Of a stretch of 64,000 nt of DNA, positions 22,427 through 32,430 are shown piece by piece. This DNA is from a virus. Lineage: Duplodnaviria > Heunggongvirae > Uroviricota > Caudoviricetes. Numbering within the stretch: position 1 is the first letter of the stretch; the number at the start of each line of letters is the position of its first letter. The notes beneath the pieces were generated by a model that was not told the origin of the DNA, did not search any database, and was given only the letters and a program-made list of their open reading frames with translations. The stretch lies in the IMG/VR virus record IMGVR_UViG_3300045988_150638, one strand, 5' to 3'. Made by a program: the position numbers and the translations under genes.

Positions 22427-22936
22427 TTAATTATGGTTAATCATATCTAACAGTATTTTTAGCTTCCTGCATGTGTTATCAATATCTTTACATAATATGA
22501 CATCAAGGATGTTTGGTAGTCCTAATACCATATGAGAAATGAAACCCTCGCCAACTTGTAGATTATGGGTAGTCTCATCTGGATTCACGTATTCAATGGT
22601 TTTAGTTTTATTTATCCCATAATCTTTATAACAGATGATTACAGGAATGTTCTTCTGTTCAGCAATCTGCAACTCTATTCCTAGCCCTGTTGATGGAAAA
22701 CTACATTCTGCAATTATTACATCAGATTTCTCAACCATATCTCTGTCCCAAATGTAACAAAGTCTAGATTTGTTACTTTCAGGGCGCTTTGATAATTCTG
22801 GGTCACTATTTATCAAAGCATATTTTACGTTGTTATTTTGAGATAGACCTTTTGCAAGGCTGTGAATCCAATTACTGTACTCATGGAAAATTTCCCTTGG
22901 AACATGAGTTAAAGCGCATGCGATATATATATTCAT
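22427..22936 (-). CDS. nucleoside 2-deoxyribosyltransferase-like (NDT/DNPH1-fold) protein, hotspot cassette gene B
   Basis: 169 aa; N-terminal strand IYIACAL and DVIIAECSFPSTGLGIELQIAEQKNIPVI, which mirrors the NDT catalytic-Glu motif (GLGMELGYALSQGKYVL); ATG overlaps the stop of the upstream gene (TAATG); AT-rich. Confidence 0.6.
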   Translation of the reverse strand: MNIYIACALTHVPREIFHEYSNWIHSLAKGLSQNNNVKYALINSDPELSKRPESNKSRLCYIWDRDMVEKSDVIIAECSFPSTGLGIELQIAEQKNIPVIICYKDYGINKTKTIEYVNPDETTHNLQVGEGFISHMVLGLPNILDVILCKDIDNTCRKLKILLDMINHN

Positions 22937-23976
22937 TAAGAAGCAGACCTTACGTTTGGGATAAGAAATTGGTGTCCAGTAATTTCAGATGAAATTGCAT
23001 CTATAAACTGTGACGGAGATTGTTGAATAAATTCAGCAATAATCCAGTTTTCTTTTTCATTTAGTAACTGTCTTAGCTTAAGTGGGTCATACCGACATAG
23101 CTCACTTAATCGATGCATAGCTGCTAGGGTTATAACCAATGGCGATATTGAAACAGAAGTATGCTCAGATTGATTGTTTTTACGTTTGAGATACCAAAGA
23201 GTCTCTGCGCCATTGATATAGTAAAGATTTCTTCTTATTTTTTGATGAAATTCAGTTAATTGCGGCATGTTGGATGATTGATTTTCATTATAATCAAGTA
23301 ATGATTCTACTGATTTTATTTTGTACTTTTCTCTTTCAAACAATTCGAACGCTGGCGGTAGAATGTCGAAAACTGTGTCGAACCGAAAATCCTTGGATAA
23401 AATCGCAGTGAAAAACAGGCTATTGTCTGACTCATTCAAAACGAACTCAGCATCGATCAGTGGAATAAATATATCATCAGTTACATCATAAGTAAGGCAA
23501 TATGTACGATGAATGTATGGCAATCCAGAAAAAAGGTTTTTTATATTGTACACCCCCTCATGAGAGGTGCCGTCAATATATTTTGAAAAAGACGGAAGTA
23601 TACCCTCATTTTTTATTTTTACTTTTATATCAGATAAGTTATCAATTTGGGCTGCATTTTCACCCCTAGCAACACCATGATGCTGTTTGAAGTTTATATT
23701 GCGAGATGAAAGTAACGCCTTTACTGCATTCATGAATGAATAATAGTGCAAAAGTGGGGCTGATTGGTTGGGTAAACCATTGGCCGCCTGATTAAATACT
23801 TTTGCTTGCTCCCAATAAAAAAGAGCCTCATCTTTTTCGTTTCGCTTTAACCAGAGTTCGACAAAATCCCAATGACTGTATGTAAGTACATTCCTTGCGG
23901 TTAGGTCAGGGTTTAATGATGCTTTATGAGGCTTCATGACCTTGTTCCTAATTTTCAGCGGCTTAATATTCATCAT
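22936..23976 (-). CDS. hypothetical protein, hotspot cassette gene A (possibly YaaC-like)
   Basis: 346 aa; GGAGGA SD 8 nt upstream; AT-rich; LLHYYSFMNAVKALL segment resembles the YaaC-family signature from memory; no catalytic motif recognised. Confidence 0.5.
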   Translation of the reverse strand: MMNIKPLKIRNKVMKPHKASLNPDLTARNVLTYSHWDFVELWLKRNEKDEALFYWEQAKVFNQAANGLPNQSAPLLHYYSFMNAVKALLSSRNINFKQHHGVARGENAAQIDNLSDIKVKIKNEGILPSFSKYIDGTSHEGVYNIKNLFSGLPYIHRTYCLTYDVTDDIFIPLIDAEFVLNESDNSLFFTAILSKDFRFDTVFDILPPAFELFEREKYKIKSVESLLDYNENQSSNMPQLTEFHQKIRRNLYYINGAETLWYLKRKNNQSEHTSVSISPLVITLAAMHRLSELCRYDPLKLRQLLNEKENWIIAEFIQQSPSQFIDAISSEITGHQFLIPNVRSAS

Positions 23977-24005
23977 TGTAATAATCCTCCACCCAAAGTT
24001 ACTAG

Positions 24006-24034
24006 ATTGTAAAATATATATTTTTGTTCCACAA
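24006..24034 (-). promoter_or_regulatory. sigma70-like promoter of the hotspot cassette
   Basis: minus strand TTGTGG -35 and TACAAT -10 separated by 17 bp, about 30 nt upstream of the gene A start. Confidence 0.4.
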
Positions 24035-24066
24035 CAAAAATCTCTATTGGCTACTGACGTAATTAA

Positions 24067-24708
24067 TTATAAATAGTTTTCTTTGCCGGTAAGTAAGCCT
24101 TGAGGAACTCGCTTGTCGGCTAGACATTGGGTTCCGCGAATTATGTTAATCAGAGGGCTTAGTAACGATGTTTCCTGGCGGGCCTCAACTTCTCCAGCCA
24201 TTGCCCTGATGTAGTCGGCGCTTGCAACGTTGTTATATTCCGTTGCGAAGCAGCATAACAACGACAGAACGTGCTCTGTCGTTATTTCGCTCCAGTTGAT
24301 GTTGAAAAATTCATCGCCTTTTTTGTCGTGTTCGGAATCGAAGATGCTTTGGTGGAGGATGTATTTGCCGGATTCTTTGCGCGGTAACTTGATCGCTTTC
24401 TGGCGTTCCAGCTCCTTGTAAATCTGCATTGCTTCAATTAGTACCGGCCTGCCGTTCATGAAGGGATCGCGCAACCTTACACGCTGGCCAACTCGACCCG
24501 TAATAAAGCTGTTTTCCTCTTCCACCAGCACGATAAAACCCTTTTCCTCTTTTTCTCGCAATTCGCGCAGCAGCTGGAGTTCCATATCGCGGCGGCGTTC
24601 AGGGTAGCTGGTCCGCTCAGCCATTATCAACTCGTTGTTGATCCATGCAGCAGTCATTGACGCCGGTTTACCGACGCTCATCGAAACAACGCATATTTTC
24701 TTATCCAT
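24067..24708 (-). CDS. mat: Mat
   Basis: ORF to 24855; ATG at 24708 preferred (AGGGGG SD); position between ref and the res-mod slot as in P1. Confidence 0.45.
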   Translation of the reverse strand: MDKKICVVSMSVGKPASMTAAWINNELIMAERTSYPERRRDMELQLLRELREKEEKGFIVLVEEENSFITGRVGQRVRLRDPFMNGRPVLIEAMQIYKELERQKAIKLPRKESGKYILHQSIFDSEHDKKGDEFFNINWSEITTEHVLSLLCCFATEYNNVASADYIRAMAGEVEARQETSLLSPLINIIRGTQCLADKRVPQGLLTGKENYL

Positions 24709-24897
24709 AGCGCCCCCTATAAAAAAGAAAAGCCACCAGCGGCGGCTTAGCAATACAACTGAAGGTAGCGCCCGGTACTCAGACTGTGCCGTCCATGGAA
24801 TATTTGAAAAGGGATCCATCCGTACCGGGCATGTGATGATTCTGACTGAAGTCACTTGTAAGTTGTCAATTATTTCAGATTAAAAATAATATATTTA

Positions 24898-25458
24898 TTA
24901 GTGCATGATGTTTACCATCTCATAGGCGTCAGCCAGCAACTCCATCTCTGACTTGTTCAGCAAGGTGAATTCTTTCTTGCCTCCAACCACACCATCGGCA
25001 TGAACAGGGACCAGCCAGGGGTATTTTTCTCTTACTTCAGCCGGTGCTGCATGCTGGTGGTGCCATCTACAAAGTGGCAATTGCTTTTTGTGACAACCAG
25101 GCGCGGTACGACCGGAGATATGGTGCAGAGACACCTCTTCAGATATTACTCCATGCATATAGCAGGCAATGCAGGGGAGAGTGCCAAGAGCATTGGCGAT
25201 GGTCCGTTCCTCCGCCGTCGGTGTTCGCCCCTTCAAGCCACGAGATTTTATTTTTACCGCACTTTTCCGCGTTTTGCTGGCTGGTGGGCGCTCTTTCTGT
25301 TTAGCGATACGGCGGTCGATAGAATCCCGCATTTTCTGATATTGCGATTCTCGCCAGGCGGGGTCAGCCAACTTTTCCCGTTGCCGAGCGATCGCTCGTT
25401 CTCTGGCTGCCTTCTGCCACTCGCGGCGCTGTTCAAGTTTTTGTTCGATTGTTTTCAT
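24898..25458 (-). CDS. ref: Ref recombination enhancement function (HNH endonuclease)
   Basis: 186 aa from MKTIEQK, matching recalled Ref size; Cys/His-rich HNH-like C-terminal region; C1 operator upstream. Confidence 0.75.
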   Translation of the reverse strand: MKTIEQKLEQRREWQKAARERAIARQREKLADPAWRESQYQKMRDSIDRRIAKQKERPPASKTRKSAVKIKSRGLKGRTPTAEERTIANALGTLPCIACYMHGVISEEVSLHHISGRTAPGCHKKQLPLCRWHHQHAAPAEVREKYPWLVPVHADGVVGGKKEFTLLNKSEMELLADAYEMVNIMH

Positions 25459-25556
25459 ATGGCAAAAAAAAGGCGGCCTAATGGCCGCCAATGATGTCAA
25501 GGAGTGAAGTAATGGCAACGTCTTCGTAGTTGACAAAAACTGCGACTAAATTATAG

Positions 25557-25573
25557 CAACCAATTAGAGCAAT
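25557..25573 (-). promoter_or_regulatory. C1 operator upstream of ref
   Basis: minus strand ATTGCTCTAATTGGTTG (first 11 positions match the consensus). Confidence 0.55.
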
Positions 25574-25704
25574 GGTAGATATTTTGTTTATCGCGAATCA
25601 CATTTTTTCACTTCAGTACCTGTGTGCTATACTCCTTCTTGATTGATTGGATGCGGAATACAAACCCGCTCTTTTGTGCAGCCTGGCTCCTTGCCAGGCT
25701 TTTT

Positions 25705-26016
25705 TTATTTCATCATGGAAGCTGTTAATGCTTTGGACCTTGCTGAACTGATTGAGAGGGCTTTGTCAACGTGCCCCAAAAATTCGCCAAACTCAGACAT
25801 CACTTTAGCAAAACCGCGCCGTGCTTCTTCCTCGGTGGCATTCAACACGAAATGTTCAGCACTACGCATACTTCTGACAGGGAACGCAACGGATATTGAG
25901 TCAATATCAGGCATTCTATCGCTCAGCTTTACAGTGACAATGACGGCTGGCGACTGAATATTAGTGCTCACTGACAGCACTACATATTTTCCGTCGATGT
26001 TGAAATTCTTTCTCAT
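25705..26016 (-). CDS. cra: Cra (cre-associated protein)
   Basis: 103 aa ORF immediately downstream of cre on the same strand. Confidence 0.5.
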   Translation of the reverse strand: MRKNFNIDGKYVVLSVSTNIQSPAVIVTVKLSDRMPDIDSISVAFPVRSMRSAEHFVLNATEEEARRGFAKVMSEFGEFLGHVDKALSISSARSKALTASMMK

Positions 26017-26042
26017 ATGTCGCCATAAATATCAAAGAATTA

Positions 26043-26059
26043 GAGCAATCATTTACGCG
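26043..26059 (-). promoter_or_regulatory. C1 operator between cre and cra
   Basis: minus strand ATTGCTCTAATTCTTTG. Confidence 0.55.
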
Positions 26060-26066
26060 TTAATGG

Positions 26067-27098
26067 CTAATCGCCATCTTCCAGCAGGCGCACCATTGCC
26101 CCTGTTTCACTATCCAGGTTACGGATATAGTTCATGACAATATTTACGTTGGTCCAGCCACCAGCTTGCATGATCTCCGGTATTGAAACTCCGGCGCGGG
26201 CCATATCTCGCGCGGCACCGACACGGGCACTGTGTCCAGACCAGGCCAGGTACCTCTGGCCAGAGTCATCCTTAGCTCCGTAAATCAATCGGTGGGTTGC
26301 TTCAAAAATCCCTTCCAGGGCGCGAGTTGATAGCTGGCTGGTGGATGATGGCGAGGCAACACCATTTTTTCTGACGCGGCAAAACAGGTAGTTATTCGGA
26401 TCATCAGCTACACCAGAGACAGAAATCCATCGCTCGACCAGTTTAGTTACCCCCAGGCTAAGTGCCTTCTCTACACCAGCGGTGCTAACCAGCGTTTTCG
26501 TTCTGCCAATATGGATTAACATTCTCCCACCGTCAGTACGTGAGATATCTTTAACCCTGATCCTGGCAATTTCGGCTATACGTAACAGGGTGTTATAAGC
26601 AATCCCCAGAAATGCCAGATTACGTATATCCTGGCAGCGATCACTATTTTCCATGAGTGAACGAACCAGGTCGAAATCAGTGCGTTCGAACGCCAGCGCC
26701 TGTTTTGCACGCTCACCGGCATCAACGTTTTCTTTTCGGATCCGTCGCATGACCAGTGAAACAGCATTGCAGTCACTAGGTCGTGGCAGCCCGGACCGAC
26801 GATGAAGCATGTTTAGCTGGCCCAAATGTTGCTGGATAGTTTTTACTGCCAGACCGCGCGCCTGAAGATATAGAAGATAATCGCGAACATCTTCAGGTTC
26901 TGCGGGAAACCATTTCCGGTTATTCAACTTGCACCATGCCGCCCATGACCGGCAAACGGACAGAAGCATTTTCCAGGTATGCTCAGAAAACGCCTGGCGA
27001 TCCCTGAACATGTCCATCAGGTTCTTGCGAACCTCATCACTCGTTGCATCGACCGGTAATGCAGGCAAATTTTGGTGTACGGTCAGTAAATTGGACAT
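26067..27098 (-). CDS. cre: Cre site-specific tyrosine recombinase
   Basis: 343 aa; essentially identical to P1 Cre (MSNLLTVHQNLPALPVDATSDEVRKNLMDMFRDRQAF...MVRLLEDGD); loxP lies about 420 bp upstream. Confidence 0.97.
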   Translation of the reverse strand: MSNLLTVHQNLPALPVDATSDEVRKNLMDMFRDRQAFSEHTWKMLLSVCRSWAAWCKLNNRKWFPAEPEDVRDYLLYLQARGLAVKTIQQHLGQLNMLHRRSGLPRPSDCNAVSLVMRRIRKENVDAGERAKQALAFERTDFDLVRSLMENSDRCQDIRNLAFLGIAYNTLLRIAEIARIRVKDISRTDGGRMLIHIGRTKTLVSTAGVEKALSLGVTKLVERWISVSGVADDPNNYLFCRVRKNGVASPSSTSQLSTRALEGIFEATHRLIYGAKDDSGQRYLAWSGHSARVGAARDMARAGVSIPEIMQAGGWTNVNIVMNYIRNLDSETGAMVRLLEDGD

Positions 27099-27105
27099 TT
27101 AACAC

Positions 27106-27327
27106 TCAGATAATGGTTTTAAGTAAAGTGTACAGGATCGGCTCTGCCTTTACCTGTTTATGGTTCTCGTCATAGAAACGCCAGCGACCGCGCGTGCGTT
27201 CTATTTTCTCTTCACCGCGCGATAATGACAGTTGACAACTATCACGATCAAACCCTTTTGCCCGCCAGTAACCACGGTTTTTCTCAAGCTCAATATGAGT
27301 GGACACTTTAGCAGCTGAATATCCCAT
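27106..27327 (-). CDS. hypothetical small protein between loxP and cre
   Basis: 73 aa; GAGGTG SD 5 nt upstream of ATG; not a gene I recall from P1. Confidence 0.3.
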   Translation of the reverse strand: MGYSAAKVSTHIELEKNRGYWRAKGFDRDSCQLSLSRGEEKIERTRGRWRFYDENHKQVKAEPILYTLLKTII

Positions 27328-27515
27328 TTTTCACCTCTGATTGATTGGTGGTGCTAAGTGCGCTACGCGAAATCTGGAGCACTAACACTGCCAACATTTC
27401 GCAGATTTTACGTAGCGCAACCTTGATCAAATGATCAAGTGATCACTATTTGACCTGTAAGGTATTGAACTGTATGGATTTACAGGTAAATTGATCATGT
27501 TCAATAACCCTTAAG

Positions 27516-27549
27516 ATAACTTCGTATAATGTATGCTATACGAAGTTAT
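27516..27549. other. loxP recombination site
   Basis: exact ATAACTTCGTATA-ATGTATGC-TATACGAAGTTAT; GATC sites nearby. Confidence 0.98.
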
Positions 27550-27592
27550 TAGGTCTGAAGAGGAGTTTACGTCCAGCTGCGCATAAAAATCA

Positions 27593-27609
27593 AGAATTAT
27601 TAGAGCAAT
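27593..27609 (-). promoter_or_regulatory. C1 operator (immC Op99 cluster)
   Basis: minus strand ATTGCTCTAATAATTCT. Confidence 0.65.
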
Positions 27610-27669
27610 AAATTTTGAGAGAAAAATCCCACTCCACCAGCCAAAAACTGGATTGTTTTTCATAGTTGT

Positions 27670-27698
27670 TTGACAATTGCTCTAATAAATTATAGTTT
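27670..27698 (+). promoter_or_regulatory. promoter overlapped by a C1 operator (coi-c1 autoregulation)
   Basis: TTGACA followed directly by ATTGCTCTAATAAATTA (operator at 27676-27692) and a TATAGT-like -10. Confidence 0.65.
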
Positions 27699-27930
27699 TG
27701 CCGCCGTTTCGTAATACGACTTTGGATTCACTATTTAATGTGTCTTCAGCGTTGTAGAGCGGCTCAGAAGGAAATGAGCAAACAGGGAAACCTTATACAA
27801 CGGCATTACAGCTATGCATTGCTCATCTTACACACAGCGCAATGTTGTTAGATTACCCCAGCATGGATCATGGGTGAAACAGTAGGTCAGAGCTTCAGGC
27901 TCTGTGTTGTCAATACAGTGAGGCATAATT

Positions 27931-28140
27931 ATGGCTTTCATTCCACCAACCATCGACGACGTTAGACATTGCTCTAACGCTTTATCTGTAGACCCCGCCG
28001 AAACCGACGCTGCCCGCGCCATTGCTGAACACTACTCAAAGATATCCAATCAGGAGTACCGCATCACCCAAGACGACCTGGATGATCTCACTGACACAAT
28101 CGAATATCTCATGGCCACTAACCAGCCAGACTCACAATAA
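27931..28140 (+). CDS. coi: Coi (C1 inactivator)
   Basis: 69 aa, matching recalled Coi size; directly upstream of c1. Confidence 0.7.
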   Translation: MAFIPPTIDDVRHCSNALSVDPAETDAARAIAEHYSKISNQEYRITQDDLDDLTDTIEYLMATNQPDSQ

Positions 28141-28250
28141 ATGCACTAATAAATCTATTATTTTCGTTGGATCCTTCTATAATGGTGGTCAACAACTCCC
28201 AGTGTAATCCGCTGTGAGTTGTTGGCCATGTCAATTCTGGAGGAGGATCA

Positions 28251-29102
28251 ATGATAAATTATGTCTACGGCGAACAACTGTACCAGGAGTTCGTCAGCTT
28301 CAGGGATCTCTTTCTAAAAAAAGCTGTTGCACGCGCCCAACACGTTGATGCCGCCAGCGACGGTCGTCCTGTTCGCCCGGTTGTCGTTCTGCCGTTCAAA
28401 GAAACGGACAGCATTCAGGCTGAAATTGATAAATGGACTTTAATGGCGCGGGAACTGGAACAGTACCCAGACCTCAATATCCCAAAGACTATTTTATATC
28501 CAGTGCCTAACATCCTTCGCGGTGTGCGTAAGGTTACTACTTATCAGACAGAAGCTGTGAACAGCGTCAACATGACCGCTGGCCGCATTATTCATCTGAT
28601 TGATAAGGACATTCGCATCCAGAAAAGCGCGGGGATCAATGAGCACAGTGCGAAATACATAGAGAACCTGGAAGCAACAAAAGAGCTAATGAAGCAGTAC
28701 CCGGAGGATGAAAAATTCCGTATGCGTGTACACGGCTTTAGCGAAACAATGCTGCGCGTCCATTACATTTCCAGTAGCCCTAACTACAATGATGGTAAAT
28801 CAGTTAGTTACCATGTACCGCTGTGTGGTGTGTTTATCTGCGATGAAACTCTCCGTGATGGAATCATCATCAACGGTGAATTCGAGAAAGCAAAATTTAG
28901 CCTTTATGACTCTATAGAACCGATCATCTGCGACCGCTGGCCGCAGGCAAAAATATATCGCCTGGCAGATATTGAAAATGTAAAAAAACAAATTGCCATC
29001 ACTCGCGAAGAGAAAAAGGTCAAATCAGCCGCATCAGTTACGCGCAGCCGTAAAACTAAGAAGGGGCAGCCAGTAAACAGCAACCCCGAAAGCGCGCAAT
29101 AG
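28251..29102 (+). CDS. c1: C1 repressor of lysogeny
   Basis: 283 aa, matching recalled P1 C1 size; its operator sequence recurs throughout the window. Confidence 0.9.
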   Translation: MINYVYGEQLYQEFVSFRDLFLKKAVARAQHVDAASDGRPVRPVVVLPFKETDSIQAEIDKWTLMARELEQYPDLNIPKTILYPVPNILRGVRKVTTYQTEAVNSVNMTAGRIIHLIDKDIRIQKSAGINEHSAKYIENLEATKELMKQYPEDEKFRMRVHGFSETMLRVHYISSSPNYNDGKSVSYHVPLCGVFICDETLRDGIIINGEFEKAKFSLYDSIEPIICDRWPQAKIYRLADIENVKKQIAITREEKKVKSAASVTRSRKTKKGQPVNSNPESAQ

Positions 29103-29126
29103 TTTCCATCCGGCATGGTTAATGAG

Positions 29127-30611
29127 TTATTCATTAAGCCATGCCAGAGCTTCATCAACCTGCGCTTCGTCTTCGACGCTAAGCACTTCATCTTGGGGAA
29201 CATAGTTCGCCAACATAGCGAAACAATATGTATCCCAATGGTCCGGTGAGTGCAGGTTGAGTTTTTTCTTCATATCTTCCTTTGACATCACCTTCCATTG
29301 ACCTGCGGAATTTATCCCTACCGGTATCTTTGATGCTTCCTCTATAGTCGCAGCCCCCTTATCAAGCCTCATACGCCCTGATTTTACAGCTTCTGCCGCC
29401 TGAATATTCGCGAAAGCGCGCATATCGAAATAAAGGCTTTTATCTTCACGGCTGTGCATCTTTTTACCCCAGCGGATACGCTGGACGGTAATGCCATAGC
29501 GTTCGTACATTAGATCAGCCGTCGATTTCCCCAAGCCATCGCCATCAATAGCTATGGTTATGTTCGGGAACCGTTCTGGGTTACATTCTGCGAAAATCTT
29601 GGCGGCTAACTGCGTTTCTGTAACGTCTGTGTATTCCAGCATACGATAGTTGATTACACGGCGTTTATTTCGCTGGCCGGACACCATCATGATATTAATA
29701 ACGGACTTATCTCGTCCTGTGCCACCAGCAACGTCAACACATGCAACCCAGCCCCATCCTTTGGCAATCTTGACCTTTCGCCGCGTCGCCCGCTCAACCT
29801 CATCACGACCAAGAAGAAAGCCATCTTGAGATTTGGGAAATTCACCACGTACTTTGATCATGTACATGGGGTTATCACGACCGCCATACTCTGCAAGTTT
29901 TGCTCGTATAAATTTTGCATCTACAAGCGGAGATTCTTCACTATTCAGTATTATCGCAGTAAACAATCCATCAGGATTTCCCGGGCGAATAGCTAGTCTG
30001 TGGTGTGAATCGTAGAAATAGCCTGAAGGTCGCGTAGGCTGGGAAAGAAGCAGAATACGGTTATCCTTACCGGTCAGCGCACCTGTTATCACACTGAATG
30101 CTTTATCACTCACACCCGACGCTTCGTCGATGATATACAAGAGATGATCGGCGTGTTCACCAGCCAACGCCTCCTCATTTCCGGGGCGACAGGACTTTAT
30201 CAATATTGTCCAAACACCCTTGCCAGTCACCTCAAAAAAAGACGTTTCTGTAAGAATGAAATACTTCGACAACCACGGGAATCTGCTAACAGCAGTAGCC
30301 CAATTGCTCTTTATGTATTTGAAAATACCATCAAGGACTTGCTGTCTTTTGTTAGCGACCAGAATGACGCGAGCGCCGGGGAAAAACATGATGAAGAGTA
30401 TTGCAATGATACTCGTCATATCCGATTTACCAGTACCATGGCCGGAGGTCACACTTGTCCAACTGCCGTCCTGCTGCGTGGACTCAATGATCTCATCCTG
30501 CTGCCAGGTTGGTGTCTTCCCAAACAACACATCAGCGGCCGCAATCCAGTCATAACGATATAGCGCCACCAGCTCGCGCCAACGTGGGTCCGTTACGCAA
30601 CTTCTGGCCAT
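29127..30611 (-). CDS. pacB: PacB terminase large subunit
   Basis: 494 aa; Walker A-like TSGHGTGKS; follows pacA with overlapping start/stop. Confidence 0.85.
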
Positions 30612-31804
30612 TAATCATCATCCCCGTACAGTTTGCGGGTAACTTCTTCGTCTTCCTCCTCGTCTTCGTCCAGATCCTGTTCAAGCCATGCTTCGTTTGA
30701 TATGCCTTCCGCATCGACATCACCATAACCACCCGTATCGACGATATCGGCAATTTCTTCTCTACGATGCTCAATCCACAATGCCGCATCAGCGCGGCGG
30801 CTGGCGGCCCGTTCTCGCGCGATTTTATCCAGATCTTCAAGTGATGGAGCGCCAGATGCTGTTTGGTTTTCCTCATCATCGGTATTGGTCTTAGGAGCAC
30901 GCAGATCGGCTTTGATTTGCTCCAGCATCAGGGGCGGCACTTTTCCTCCATGCGCCTCGATGAATTCAGCCGCTTCCAGCACTGACCAGTTATTTTCACG
31001 CTTTCGTTCGTATGCCAGCTTAACAATGCCAGCTTGCCCCATAGATAAAGCGTGCTTTTCCGCCTCCCGGCTTTCTTTTCGATAGTTATTCCGGATGCTG
31101 TAAATGGTGTTGATCAGGCTGCTTATCTGCGCGGAACAGCTGTTTAGCATGCTCGCGATACGGTATTCAGGCGGAGTACCTTCATCATCGTCTTTTTGCT
31201 GATCGCGCATTTCCTGCACCAGGCGAATACACGTATCCCTGGCGTTCTCCAGCATAAGGAGATGAGAAAGAGACTTTTCCAGAAGAGTGGTTTCCAGAAC
31301 ATCGGCCCCGGACCGACGCAACATAGCGCGCGCGGCCTTCCGCGCTTCAACGTTATCTATCAGGTAATCGCCAGCTTCGAATTCAAAGCGTTCACCATCA
31401 TCATCCAGGGTGTCGCGTTCCAGGCGATCACGTAAGGTCCGGTGGGCGCGGGTGATCACGTCATGATCATCTGAACGATCATTTATGCGCTTATTTTGGC
31501 GCTTCGCATTCTCGACTGCGGCACTGACAACGGCATTAACTCTTTGTTTTTCCGCTGTTTCAGCCGCAATGTGATCACCTGCATGTTGATCATTAGAGTG
31601 ATCAATGATCATGCTTTTTAGAGGCTTCCTGACTGGCTTATTTGGCTTGCGGCTGTCCGCTGTCCTGGTGTCTTCTTTGAAGGCACGGAGATAACGACGT
31701 GCGGTATTAGGGTTAAGATTAAACTCGGCGGCATACTGTGCGATGGTGTAACCACCATCTCGCGCCAGGCGAGCAAAATTCTTCTTGTGATCGTCCCAGG
31801 TCAC
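30611..31804 (-). CDS. pacA: PacA terminase small subunit (contains pac)
   Basis: 397 aa; the pac hexamer cluster lies inside its 5' part. Confidence 0.85.
31453..31611. other. pac packaging site
   Basis: seven hexamers of the TGATCA/CGATCA (Dam GATC) type in two groups (31453-31481 and 31572-31611), as described for P1 pac. Confidence 0.8.
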
Positions 31805-31889
31805 TTATGCTTCCTTTCGTAAAAACTCTTTTTGACGCGAGGGTAACGAAAGTCACATGTCAAAAGGCCCGGAACGGGCAAGCAATCAA

Positions 31890-32342
31890 TCAGATACGTG
31901 CGGATGTGGCATTACCGTAATGACGGTGCTGACGGGCTACCTTATTGAAAAGTTGACGCGCCATTACCCAAGGCTGGTGTTCCCGGCGTTCCTTTTCGTC
32001 CTGCGTCATATAGAGTTCGTTCTGGAGTTTTTCATCAAACCGGCGCGGCGCGCGGCTGCGGCGAAAGAATTCAGGATTCAGAGAGTGGATCTGAAATCTA
32101 CGTGGGCGTGTACTGTCATCAATCAAAACAGACGAATACTTAGACACAGCGATAGCCTTTAAGCGCAGATAAACATCGCGCTTATCGACATCCAGATGCG
32201 GGTATTCCTTTTCAAGAATTGCTGCGAGTTCTTTCGCTGATAGAAGAGATTTAGTGCGGATCATGTAATCCGCAATCTCGTACGATGTTATTCGTGAGTG
32301 ATTTATTTCCATGAAGTGGCGTCCCTGCCAGTTAAGTAACAT
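31890..32342 (-). CDS. lpa: Lpa late promoter activator
   Basis: 150 aa ORF downstream of a C1 operator and upstream of pacA, as in P1; start may be the internal MEINHS. Confidence 0.55.
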   Translation of the reverse strand: MLLNWQGRHFMEINHSRITSYEIADYMIRTKSLLSAKELAAILEKEYPHLDVDKRDVYLRLKAIAVSKYSSVLIDDSTRPRRFQIHSLNPEFFRRSRAPRRFDEKLQNELYMTQDEKERREHQPWVMARQLFNKVARQHRHYGNATSARI

Positions 32343-32412
32343 CCTGTCACCTACTGATTAGCCCATGTCAACTAATCAACGTGGAATATAATACCCTCGA
32401 TTAAATAAATAG

Positions 32413-32429
32413 CAATACATTAGAGCAAT
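32413..32429 (-). promoter_or_regulatory. C1 operator upstream of lpa
   Basis: minus strand ATTGCTCTAATGTATTG. Confidence 0.6.
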
Positions 32430-32430
32430 T

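Noticed and set aside
22377-24066. IS1 or another insertion sequence in the mat-lxc interval, as in canonical P1
   Set aside because: No transposase-like ORF and no terminal inverted repeats recognised; the interval holds the two-gene cassette instead.
29102-29127. Imperfect hairpin between c1 and pacB as a terminator
   Set aside because: The stem has a bulge and no U-tract on either strand; not convincing as an intrinsic terminator.
31453-31611. GATC-rich repeat cluster as a possible novel repeat
   Set aside because: It matches the known P1 pac site architecture (hexamers with Dam sites inside pacA).
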